Part shown: positions 1 through 7,881 of the stretch, one piece after another
Layout: every line of letters begins with the position of its first letter
How positions within the stretch are numbered: position 1 is the stretch's first letter
DNA from: a virus
Lineage: Duplodnaviria; Caudoviricetes
Reading direction: 5' to 3' (one strand)
DNA length: 64,000 nucleotides
Virus record (IMG/VR): IMGVR_UViG_3300028832_000095
Coordinates: 64,001 to 128,000 of that record
Made by a program: the position numbers and the translations under genes
The notes under the pieces: generated by a model
The model's database searches: none
Told to the model about the DNA's origin: nothing
Seen by the model: the letters and a program-made list of their open reading frames with translations, nothing else

Positions 1-1
1 T

Positions 2-406
2 TATGAAACAAAAGTCTATGACAAAGAACATAACATTATATTCCTTTGTGATGGCATTATAAAGTATAAGAACAGGCTTTTTGTGTTTGAGTGTAAAACA
101 GAATCTTCTTTTAAAGCTATGGGAAGATCGGGTGTAGATGATTCTCATAAGTATCAAGCCTATACATACGCCCTTGAATTTGGAATTGATGATGTGTTGT
201 TTGTATATGAGAATAGAGATATTTGCACCAAGAAAAGTTATATTTTACACGTTACAGATGAGAATAAACAGTTTATTTTAGATAGGATTAGTAGTTGTGA
301 TGATTATGTAAAAATGAATATTGTTCCTCCAAAAGAGGAAACAGTGGATAAGAAGATTTGTCAGTATTGTGAATATAAAACACAATGTAAGGTGGATAAA
401 GCATGA
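2..406 (+). CDS. PD-(D/E)xK nuclease, Cas4/RecB-like (5' partial)
   Basis: Frame open from position 2; CDGII..FECK, QAYTY and C-terminal CQYCEYKTQC. Confidence 0.7.
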   Translation, partial: YETKVYDKEHNIIFLCDGIIKYKNRLFVFECKTESSFKAMGRSGVDDSHKYQAYTYALEFGIDDVLFVYENRDICTKKSYILHVTDENKQFILDRISSCDDYVKMNIVPPKEETVDKKICQYCEYKTQCKVDKA

Positions 407-915
407 GAGCCGTAAATAGAGGAAAGGATTTTGAAAAAGCCATAAAGGAATGTTTTGAATCTGTTGAGAATGTTTCTTTTGACAGACTTCCTGATCCAAT
501 GGCAGGTTATTCAGGAGTTCGCAATATTTGTGACTTCTCTATGTATCATTATCCTAATATGTTTTATCTGGAATGTAAATGCTTATATGGAAATACTCTT
601 AACTATGCCGGAGCCATTACAAAGAATCAATGGGAAGGTATGTACGAAAAGAGTAAAATATTTGGTTGTGTTGCAGGAGTATGTGTTTGGTTTATTGACT
701 ATGATCTAACGGTATTTGTAAATATCAAGGATCTATGGGAACATAGAAACTCAGGAGCTAAATCATTGAACATTCAGGATATTACTGGAGAGAACAGTGT
801 TCCTCATTTCATTATAGACGGAGTTAAGAAAAAGGTAATGTTTAGATATTTCGGTGAGAGTGCTTTGAACAAACTTCATACAATAGCAAAAGAAACATGG
901 GGTGATTCTAAATGA
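403..915 (+). CDS. RecU-like Holliday junction resolvase
   Basis: NRGKDFE..CDF..LECK pattern; next to recA. Confidence 0.65.
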   Translation: MRAVNRGKDFEKAIKECFESVENVSFDRLPDPMAGYSGVRNICDFSMYHYPNMFYLECKCLYGNTLNYAGAITKNQWEGMYEKSKIFGCVAGVCVWFIDYDLTVFVNIKDLWEHRNSGAKSLNIQDITGENSVPHFIIDGVKKKVMFRYFGESALNKLHTIAKETWGDSK

Positions 916-1433
916 GTTGGAAAGACAGCTTGAACGAATATTTAGATAAAAGTGAATCCGATGCTGAGTATATTGATGATATTGTTTTTGCTATAACGAC
1001 CGATATCTGTAAAAAACTTGACGGATATGTTTCTTATGTTTCTCAGATTCTAAAAGATACCTCACACGCAATAACAGACGAAGAATTAGATGATATTATA
1101 ATGACAATACCAACATTAGTTTACTTTGTCAGTGAAGCACAGGAACGTATGGGAATCAGACAGGATGTGTCAGAAACTAATTACAAGAATCTATATAATA
1201 AGTATTATACACAAGCAGAAGGTACTGCTCAAATAAGAAAGTCTTATTGTGAGGGGTTATTAGAAAATGAAGCATTGGTATCCATAGTTTATAAGAAAGC
1301 GTATGATATTATTAAACAGAAAGTATCTATTGCGATTGAGTTGCTTCAATCTTCTAAAAAAGTTCTTTCTCGGAGGATGTCTGCAGCTGAACTTGAAAGA
1401 TCTGCACCGAATAAAGATAGGAGTGTGTTTTAA
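912..1433 (+). CDS. helical protein, possibly UvsY-like recombination mediator
   Basis: Coupled between resolvase and recA; function inferred from context only. Confidence 0.3.
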   Translation: MSWKDSLNEYLDKSESDAEYIDDIVFAITTDICKKLDGYVSYVSQILKDTSHAITDEELDDIIMTIPTLVYFVSEAQERMGIRQDVSETNYKNLYNKYYTQAEGTAQIRKSYCEGLLENEALVSIVYKKAYDIIKQKVSIAIELLQSSKKVLSRRMSAAELERSAPNKDRSVF

Positions 1434-2587
1434 TGTCTAAAACAGAGACACTGTTCAAAGAGTTTAATAAAAAGTGTAAAGCCGAATTATTCACAGTTGG
1501 TACAGCGGTACATAATTGTGAAAGAATACCTTTTAGTAGCCCTAGGGCAAACTATATGCTTTATGGAGGTATTCCAAGAGGTCGTATTACAGAATTTTCC
1601 GGAGAGGAAGGCTCGGGAAAAACAACTTCATCTATTGATATAGCCGCAAATGCACAAAAGATGTTCGAAACATCTTGGCAAGAAAAAATCAATAAGTATG
1701 AATCAATGGATAAGCTAACAAAAGAACAATCAACAGAATTATTAGAACTTCGTGATCGTGGTCCTCTTAAAGTGTTTTGGGTAGATTGTGAAAATACATT
1801 TGATGAAGAATGGGCAAGAGTTTTAGGACTTGATGTATCTAAAATATATTATATGTCTCCAGAATCACAAAGTGCAGAAGAAATATTTGAAATGGTAACA
1901 CAAATCATAGATACCGGGGAAATCGGTCTTTGTATCATTGATAGTCTTGGTATGATGGTATCACAACAGGAAATGGATAAGACCATTGAAGATTCCACAT
2001 ATGGTGGTATTTCAAGAGCTTTGACAAAATTCTCAAAGAAAGTTGAAACAGTTTGTGCCAGAACTAATTGTGCCTTAATTGGAATCAACCAAGTAAGAGA
2101 TAATCTTAATGCCGGATATGGTGGACCCACAACAGTCACTCCTGGTGGAAGATGTTGGAAGCACGTCTGTTCAGTTCGCTTACAGTTTAGACAAGGTACT
2201 CCATTTGATGAGAACTTTAAGGATGTTAAAAAAAGTGCAGAGAATCCATATGGACATAGAGTTCAGATTCATGTAGTAAAAACAAAGGTATGCAAACCAG
2301 ATAGGAAATTAGGTTTTTATACTCTTACTTATGATAAAGGAATAGTTCCTCTTGTAGATATTATTGATATTGCAATTTCTAGAGATGTTATTCATCAAGC
2401 CGGACCTTGGTTTACGTTTATTGATATTGATTCCGGAGAAATTCTTTGTAAAGAAGAAGATGGAAAACAAATTGAAATAAAGGTACAAGGTCAGGCAAAT
2501 CTAATACCCTTTTTACAAAAAGAGGAAAATGCTTATATTCTGGATATGATTCAGAGGTATGTAGACAAATTTACATATAATAAGTGA
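1433..2587 (+). CDS. recA: RecA-family recombinase
   Basis: GGIPRGRITEFSGEEGSGKT Walker A, IIDSL, INQVR, TPGG motifs. Confidence 0.95.
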   Translation: MSKTETLFKEFNKKCKAELFTVGTAVHNCERIPFSSPRANYMLYGGIPRGRITEFSGEEGSGKTTSSIDIAANAQKMFETSWQEKINKYESMDKLTKEQSTELLELRDRGPLKVFWVDCENTFDEEWARVLGLDVSKIYYMSPESQSAEEIFEMVTQIIDTGEIGLCIIDSLGMMVSQQEMDKTIEDSTYGGISRALTKFSKKVETVCARTNCALIGINQVRDNLNAGYGGPTTVTPGGRCWKHVCSVRLQFRQGTPFDENFKDVKKSAENPYGHRVQIHVVKTKVCKPDRKLGFYTLTYDKGIVPLVDIIDIAISRDVIHQAGPWFTFIDIDSGEILCKEEDGKQIEIKVQGQANLIPFLQKEENAYILDMIQRYVDKFTYNK

Positions 2588-2597
2588 GGATTATGTT

Positions 2598-2972
2598 ATG
2601 ACAAATAAGGAACAACAATATTTGAAATCCCTTAAAGATTTAGAAAGCACTGCATCTGAAGGCGTACTAGAAAAATTATCTAAAGAAGAACGTGAAATAG
2701 TTTTAATATATAACGAAGCAGAAGGTTTCTGGGTAGCAGAAACAAGTATTCCAAAGTATTGGAGAAAATTAGAAAATAAGAATTGGATCTGCACAGGTAC
2801 TCAATACTATAAAGATGGAACCATATGCAGCAAAACCTTTAAGGGCAGCAAAAAAGGTGTGTCTGTTACAGATCCTTTCAAGGTTAGGGAAGTATCGGAA
2901 GAGAATCGTCAAAAAGCCCGAGAAAGGTTTATGAAAAGGAAATCGGAGGACACAGAGGATGAAGCTGAGTAA
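2598..2972 (+). CDS. hypothetical protein
   Basis: ORF with GAGG RBS. Confidence 0.6.
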   Translation: MTNKEQQYLKSLKDLESTASEGVLEKLSKEEREIVLIYNEAEGFWVAETSIPKYWRKLENKNWICTGTQYYKDGTICSKTFKGSKKGVSVTDPFKVREVSEENRQKARERFMKRKSEDTEDEAE

Positions 2973-4224
2973 ACAGCAACAAGAAATAGTTGACAGTACA
3001 TCTAAAAATATAATTGTAGATGCCGGATCCGGTTCTGGTAAGACTAGAACCTTAACTGAAAAAGTTAGGAAGATTCTAAATGACGGTGTTAATCCAAAAT
3101 CAATTGTAGTGATTACATTTACAAATCTAGCTGCTGATGAATTGAGAAGAAGAATATCTGACATTCCAAAATCAGATAAATGTTTTATTGGAACAATCCA
3201 TTCCTATGCAAATAAGCTACTCAAAAAGACAGGATACGAATACGACATATTCTCAGAATTCCACCAAACGGAGTTTATGAAAGCCCTTATACCAAAATAT
3301 GCAAGATATTGCACAATGGACGATTACTGTTTATTTGTAAAATACAGAAATAAGGTTCAAAGAGGAACAATGTCTGAATCTGAAATGCCGTATAAGTTTA
3401 CAGACATAAAGGTATATAAAGAAATACGTTATCTTCTTGGTGAGGAATCTAATTATAATTATACTGAAACTGTTAAAACATTATGTGAGTTAAACCACAT
3501 AATAACATTTGACGAGTTACTAAGACTTAGCACTTCCTATTTCGAGGATTCAAAAACAGTGTTAGAATATCTTTTTGTAGATGAATTACAAGACATCGGT
3601 TGGCTTGAATATGATTTTCTTAAAGGGTTAAATGCAACTCATAATTTCTGGATAGGAGATGACTTCCAATCAATATATGGGTTTAAGGGAGGGGATGTTA
3701 AGATATTCCTTTCTATTATGAATAATCCTGACTGGAAAACATACTATCTAACAGAGAATTATAGAACCCCAAAACTTGTTATGAACTATGCCAATATAAT
3801 CGTATCTAATGCCAAGAGTATAATAAAGAAAGATTGTATTTGTATGAGTAAGGTTAAGGGAGAGTTAAAGTTCAACTCAAAGAGTCAAATTGAGTCCTTT
3901 ATAGCATCTTTAGATAAAAATGAAAACTGGACATTCTTAACCAGAACAAATAAAGAATTATATGAGTTAGAAGGTAAATTCAAAAAACTAAAAGTACCAT
4001 ATTATTCTTTACAGCAACCAATAGAGTCAGAAGAAAAACGAAATCAGATTATGTCCGATAACAAAATAAAGTTAATGACAGTTCATAAGTCAAAAGGTTT
4101 GGAAGATGATAATATAGCCATATATGGAAAGTTTCCGATTAAGCCCACAAAGGATGAGGATGAGTATAAGGTATTCTATGTGGGGATAACAAGAACAAAA
4201 AATAAGTGTATTATTTTTGTGTGA
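2959..4224 (+). CDS. UvrD/PcrA-like SF1 helicase (compact)
   Basis: AGSGSGKT, ITFTN, VDELQD, GDDFQSIYGF, ENYRT, TVHKSKGLE, YVGITR. Confidence 0.9.
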   Translation: MKLSKQQQEIVDSTSKNIIVDAGSGSGKTRTLTEKVRKILNDGVNPKSIVVITFTNLAADELRRRISDIPKSDKCFIGTIHSYANKLLKKTGYEYDIFSEFHQTEFMKALIPKYARYCTMDDYCLFVKYRNKVQRGTMSESEMPYKFTDIKVYKEIRYLLGEESNYNYTETVKTLCELNHIITFDELLRLSTSYFEDSKTVLEYLFVDELQDIGWLEYDFLKGLNATHNFWIGDDFQSIYGFKGGDVKIFLSIMNNPDWKTYYLTENYRTPKLVMNYANIIVSNAKSIIKKDCICMSKVKGELKFNSKSQIESFIASLDKNENWTFLTRTNKELYELEGKFKKLKVPYYSLQQPIESEEKRNQIMSDNKIKLMTVHKSKGLEDDNIAIYGKFPIKPTKDEDEYKVFYVGITRTKNKCIIFV

Positions 4225-4236
4225 TGGAGGTTTATT

Positions 4237-4833
4237 ATGTCAGATTTAAGAAAAGAGTTTATTGATCTTGTTGTTGACAATATTAACAGGGAGGGCATTG
4301 ATAACTTGCTTCGGTACCTTGACGAAAGTGGTTTTTATACATCTCCGGCAAGTACGAGGTATCATGGTTCTTATGAAGGTGGTCTTGTTGAACACAGCAT
4401 CAATGTCTACTATTCTCTCAAAGATATGTTAAAGTATATCTTTGCAGATACTCCAATTCCATATTCAGATGAAACTATTGCTATTGTATCACTATTCCAC
4501 GATCTGTGTAAGATTGGTAAATATAGAAAAGGTTTTAAAAATGTTAAAAATTCTGAAACTGGACAATGGGAGAAAGTAGAGTGTTTTGAGTACAATACAG
4601 AACACGATCCATTAGGACACGGTCCAGCATCTGTGTATAAAATTCAGAACTATATTAAGCTAACAGTAGAAGAGCAGCAAGCTATCCATTGGCATATGGG
4701 AGGATTTGATCTATCACAATATAATACAGTCGGAGATATGGGTAATACATATGAAAAGAATACACTAGCATTTGCTTTACATATAGCAGATATGATGTCA
4801 ACTTATGTCGTGGAGAATAAAAACTTACAATAA
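4237..4833 (+). CDS. HD-domain phosphohydrolase (YhaM-like)
   Basis: PAS..YHG..GGLVEHS, FHDLCK, HWHMG, HIADM. Confidence 0.85.
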   Translation: MSDLRKEFIDLVVDNINREGIDNLLRYLDESGFYTSPASTRYHGSYEGGLVEHSINVYYSLKDMLKYIFADTPIPYSDETIAIVSLFHDLCKIGKYRKGFKNVKNSETGQWEKVECFEYNTEHDPLGHGPASVYKIQNYIKLTVEEQQAIHWHMGGFDLSQYNTVGDMGNTYEKNTLAFALHIADMMSTYVVENKNLQ

Positions 4834-4834
4834 T

Positions 4835-4945
4835 TTGTATACTTTATACAAAAATCCTCCTAGATAATAGGAGGATTTTTTATTTCCAATTTCAAAAATC
4901 TACTTGACTTTTTTGAAGATATGTGTTATACTATATTTACAAGTT
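4835..4945 (+). promoter_or_regulatory. palindrome + terminator hairpin + sigma-A promoter module
   Basis: TTGTATA-CTT-TATACAA; AAAAATCCTCCTA/TAGGAGGATTTTT; TTGACT(4904)-N17-TATACT(4927) with extended -10. Confidence 0.85.
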
Positions 4946-4988
4946 AAACACTTGTATATCTTTATAAAATCTAGAGGAGGATTTCAAA

Positions 4989-5525
4989 ATGGCTTACAAT
5001 TTTAATAAACAGGGTTATTCATTACAGGAAGTATCCCAAATTCTTCATTGTAGTTACAGTACCACTCTTAGGCTGGTAGACAGTGGGAATCTCAACGCTC
5101 TTATTCAGGACGAGCTTACTGAAGGTGGTAGACGTAGAATAAGAATTACTCGTGATCAGTTGATAGATTATATGAGAAGAAATAGGAATAAAATTGCTCC
5201 TGAAACATTGGAAGCATTTAATGCACTCGACACGGCTGCTGAGAATTCTAATAAGGAACAAAGCACATCTAATTGTTTTATAAAGGGAGCCACAACAGAA
5301 CCTTGTGGTGTTTGGGCATCCCTTTATAAAAAGGAGTCTAAAACAGAGGAACCAAAAACAGAGAAAACAAATACAATCAAGGATAAGAAAACGTGTTCAA
5401 TCCTTGTTAATGGGAGAATTTGTGTATCTAACATTCTTCCGGAAACAGCAAGGACTATTATGGATGCCTTATTGCAGGACACGAATATTTCAATGAATTC
5501 TTTAACAATCGAATTCAAATATTGA
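4989..5525 (+). CDS. excisionase/MerR-like HTH DNA-binding protein
   Basis: YSLQEVSQILHCSYSTTLRLVDSGNL..RIRITR. Confidence 0.7.
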   Translation: MAYNFNKQGYSLQEVSQILHCSYSTTLRLVDSGNLNALIQDELTEGGRRRIRITRDQLIDYMRRNRNKIAPETLEAFNALDTAAENSNKEQSTSNCFIKGATTEPCGVWASLYKKESKTEEPKTEKTNTIKDKKTCSILVNGRICVSNILPETARTIMDALLQDTNISMNSLTIEFKY

Positions 5526-5585
5526 TTTGTATACTTTGTATAAAAACTCAATTAAAAATCTTTTCTATTTTTACATATATACATC

Positions 5586-5614
5586 TTGACAAAACAAAGA
5601 AAATATGTTATACT
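5586..5614 (+). promoter_or_regulatory. sigma-A promoter
   Basis: TTGACA-N17-TATACT, extended -10. Confidence 0.8.
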
Positions 5615-5669
5615 ATATATGTAAGTTAAAGGAAATAAAAAACCTTATAAATACTGAGGAGGGTATAGT

Positions 5670-5843
5670 ATGCATCAGGATAATAGAGACTACTTCGACT
5701 CCAAAACTTATAAAGTGGATAACATAAAGAGTGAATTAATTTCCTTATCCTACGATCTTGAGGAACATGGTTTTGTCCGTAAAGCCAAAAGTCTCAGAAC
5801 TATCGTAGAGAAGTTGGAACAGTGGGAACATACAAAAAAGTGA
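5670..5843 (+). CDS. small hypothetical protein (57 aa, not in ORF track)
   Basis: GAGGAGG RBS, MHQDNRDYF..EHTKK, behind a promoter. Confidence 0.65.
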   Translation: MHQDNRDYFDSKTYKVDNIKSELISLSYDLEEHGFVRKAKSLRTIVEKLEQWEHTKK

Positions 5844-5906
5844 TGTGTGGTCTTTTTGTAGATTGTTTTGTGTAACAAATAGAAATAAAAAAATTTCAAA
5901 AACTAC

Positions 5907-5935
5907 TTGACAAAAATGAAATAATATGTTATAAT
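5907..5935 (+). promoter_or_regulatory. sigma-A promoter of tRNA operon
   Basis: Consensus TTGACA-N17-TATAAT with extended -10. Confidence 0.9.
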
Positions 5936-6054
5936 ACAATTACACTAAGATGTGAATTGTACTTCTTATAGGGTATGGAGAGGGAAGAAAAAACCTTAAC
6001 ACTCAGGTTTTTCTAAATCATATGTTTGGATTTAGTTTTTTGAGAGTGTATTGA

Positions 6055-6127
6055 GTACCAGTAGCTCAGTTGGTAGAGCATATCCCTTTTAAGGATAGGG
6101 TCAAGGGTTCAAACCCCTTCTGGTACA
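6055..6127 (+). tRNA. tRNA-Lys(UUU)
   Basis: Cloverleaf GTACCAG/CTGGTAC; anticodon loop CTTTTAA. Confidence 0.95.
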
Positions 6128-6134
6128 TTTTGAT

Positions 6135-6222
6135 GGATCCTTAGCTCAACAGGTTAGAGCCAGCGTCTTATAAACACTAGGCCCTTACAAGGTATATCTG
6201 GGTTCGAGTCCCAGAGGATCCA
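6135..6222 (+). tRNA. tRNA-Ile(UAU) with long variable arm
   Basis: GGATCCT/AGGATCC; loop CTTATAA; 19-nt variable region with CCTT/AAGG stem. Confidence 0.85.
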
Positions 6223-6229
6223 CTCAAAT

Positions 6230-6302
6230 TACTCCGTGGTGAAGTGGTAAACACATACGGCTTTGACCCGTACATTCGTTGGTTCAAATCCAACCGGAGT
6301 AA
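6230..6302 (+). tRNA. tRNA-Gln(UUG)
   Basis: TACTCCG/CGGAGTA; loop CTTTGAC. Confidence 0.95.
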
Positions 6303-6309
6303 TTCTTTT

Positions 6310-6384
6310 CGGAATGTAGATCAGTTTGGCTAGATCGCCACATTTGGGATGTGGAAGTCGCAGGTTCAAATCCTGTCATTCCGA
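6310..6384 (+). tRNA. tRNA-Pro(UGG)
   Basis: CGGAATG/CATTCCG; loop TTTGGGA. Confidence 0.95.
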
Positions 6385-6385
6385 T

Positions 6386-6528
6386 TATGTAATATAAGTG
6401 CTCCGGTTTTATACTACCTTGACGCTAGATAGAGGTGGAGGAAGGTGTAACAGAGTTACTTAAAGCTATTGCCTTTGAAAATCCAAGCAGGAGTTAAATG
6501 GAGTTTGATGAACAGCTTATATTATATA
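6386..6528 (+). ncRNA. putative structured spacer RNA
   Basis: 14-bp closing stem (2 G-U) filling the Pro-Leu spacer, internal hairpins. Confidence 0.5.
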
Positions 6529-6529
6529 T

Positions 6530-6615
6530 GCTACTGTGATGGAATGGCAGACATGAAAGACTTAAAATCTTTTGCCGGATACGGTGTGCGGGTTCAAGTC
6601 CCGCCAGTAGCACCA
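6530..6615 (+). tRNA. tRNA-Leu(UAA)
   Basis: GCTACTG/CAGTAGC; loop CTTAAAA; long V-arm; encoded CCA. Confidence 0.95.
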
Positions 6616-6685
6616 ATCCTCAAATTGTTGAGGATTATGTCATTTTCGTTTTGTTGTCTCCTTTTTTACTAATCTTATCTTTTTA

Positions 6686-6874
6686 TTGTGGGAAAGTCAG
6701 CAGTACAAGAAACTATGTTTTAAAAAGAGTGCATTCTTCTTTTACATAGTTTATGATTTCTCCTGTTTCCGGATCAATCATACTCTTGTAAATTGAATAT
6801 TTATAAGTCGGATTTCCTGTCTCCATTAAAATCTATTGATTTTTAATATTCACGAAATACTGACTTTCCCGCAA
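6686..6874 (+). ncRNA. putative multibranch ncRNA with C/U-rich loops
   Basis: 15-bp closing stem TTGTGGGAAAGTCAG/CTGACTTTCCCGCAA enclosing nested helices. Confidence 0.6.
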
Positions 6875-6890
6875 ACCTTATTTTCAGAAA

Positions 6891-7316
6891 GTGGTGTTGA
6901 AAGTGATACAACAAGAATCGTTACAAATTCCATGTGAAGGAATATTTTGGGTAATAGATAATTGCTTAGTCTATTTTGCAGATAAGGTAAATCCAAAAGA
7001 TCCTTATGATTCAACAGATCTTCTACATAAAGATACATGGAGAGAAATAAAAGACGAATATCTTGTAGACGGAAAACAGGTTTCCTTTGATTATTTTCCT
7101 CGTGGAAGAGTTGAAACATTAGTAATTCAAGATACTGACGGAACCTTAGATCACTATGAAGCGACTATATATTTAGATAAATGTATCAACAATAAAGAAT
7201 TGATCTCGGAGGTTATAGATACGTTTAGACTATACCTTCCAAATGTGAAGGTTGAAAATGGAGGTCAGTTATTTATAGATGGTAGTCACTATACTTGTAA
7301 TAAGTGTAGAAAATGA
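6891..7316 (+). CDS. hypothetical protein, paralog of 46389..46814
   Basis: GIFW..H..W..Y(F/Y)PRGRVE..DGS(D)HY.C shared. Confidence 0.75.
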   Translation: MVLKVIQQESLQIPCEGIFWVIDNCLVYFADKVNPKDPYDSTDLLHKDTWREIKDEYLVDGKQVSFDYFPRGRVETLVIQDTDGTLDHYEATIYLDKCINNKELISEVIDTFRLYLPNVKVENGGQLFIDGSHYTCNKCRK

Positions 7317-7319
7317 TAG

Positions 7320-7437
7320 GGAATCTTCGTTTAAAAGTGATTAGCAACCAAAAAGAAAGACTGAATTATCAGTTTAGTTAATCCGAAGACAGTTCCTGAT
7401 CAGAACTATGTAAGGTACAAACTTACAGATTCCACCA
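7320..7437 (+). ncRNA. tRNA-like RNA with acceptor stem, T-like arm and CCA end
   Basis: GGAATCT/AGATTCC-A-CCA; GTAAG-GTACAAA-CTTAC arm; no canonical D arm. Confidence 0.6.
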
Positions 7438-7443
7438 ATATTT

Positions 7444-7516
7444 GCCGTGGTAGCATAAATGGATATGCAACATCCTTCTAAGATGTCAGATACGGGTTCG
7501 AGTCCTGTCCACGGTA
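7444..7516 (+). tRNA. tRNA-Arg(UCU)
   Basis: GCCGTGG/CCACGGT; loop CTTCTAA. Confidence 0.95.
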
Positions 7517-7522
7517 TGTTAT

Positions 7523-7676
7523 GTAGGAGTGGCGCAAGAGGTAAGACACACCGGATATAGAATCCGGTGGAAGAATTAAACATTGGTGAGTTCGACTATA
7601 ACCTAGGATGATGTCAGAACAAAATGTCCCTTGTTTATGATATCCTGTGTAGGTTCGAATCCTACCTCCTACACCA
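7523..7676 (+). tRNA. tRNA-Leu(UAG)-like RNA with 81-nt variable-arm insertion
   Basis: GTAGGAG/CTCCTAC-A-CCA; CCGGA-TATAGAA-TCCGG; GTAGG-TTCGAAT-CCTAC. Confidence 0.75.
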
Positions 7677-7680
7677 ATAA

Positions 7681-7798
7681 GTCCAGACCCAAACTCCGTA
7701 GAACAATATGGGGTTTAAACGGGGAAAAATAAGTGATTAGCTTATGGAGAAAGGTGGACGCACTTGATGACGGTTTGCAAGGGCTTTACGTCATCCAC
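7681..7798 (+). ncRNA. putative structured spacer RNA
   Basis: GTCCA/TGGAC enclosing two hairpins, then GATGACG/CGTCATC hairpin. Confidence 0.4.
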
Positions 7799-7804
7799 AA
7801 ATAT

Positions 7805-7877
7805 TCCCTGTTAGATCAATCGGTAGATCAACTGACTGTTAATCAGTGGGTTGCTGGTTCAAGTCCAGCACAGGGAG
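7805..7877 (+). tRNA. tRNA-Asn(GUU)
   Basis: TCCCTGT/ACAGGGA; loop CTGTTAA. Confidence 0.95.
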
Positions 7878-7881
7878 TTCA

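Noticed and set aside
2-406. CRISPR-associated cas4
   Set aside because: No cas genes or array; it sits in a recombination operon as a stand-alone nuclease.
4835-4851. Canonical Rex operator
   Set aside because: 17 bp rather than 18 bp and the inner bases differ; kept only as an unknown palindrome.
7320-7437. tmRNA
   Set aside because: No G3-U70 alanine determinant, no tag ORF, only 118 nt.
7523-7676. Amber suppressor, or group I intron-containing tRNA
   Set aside because: Anticodon UAG reads CUA (Leu), not the amber codon; the insert is in the variable arm and far too short for a group I intron.
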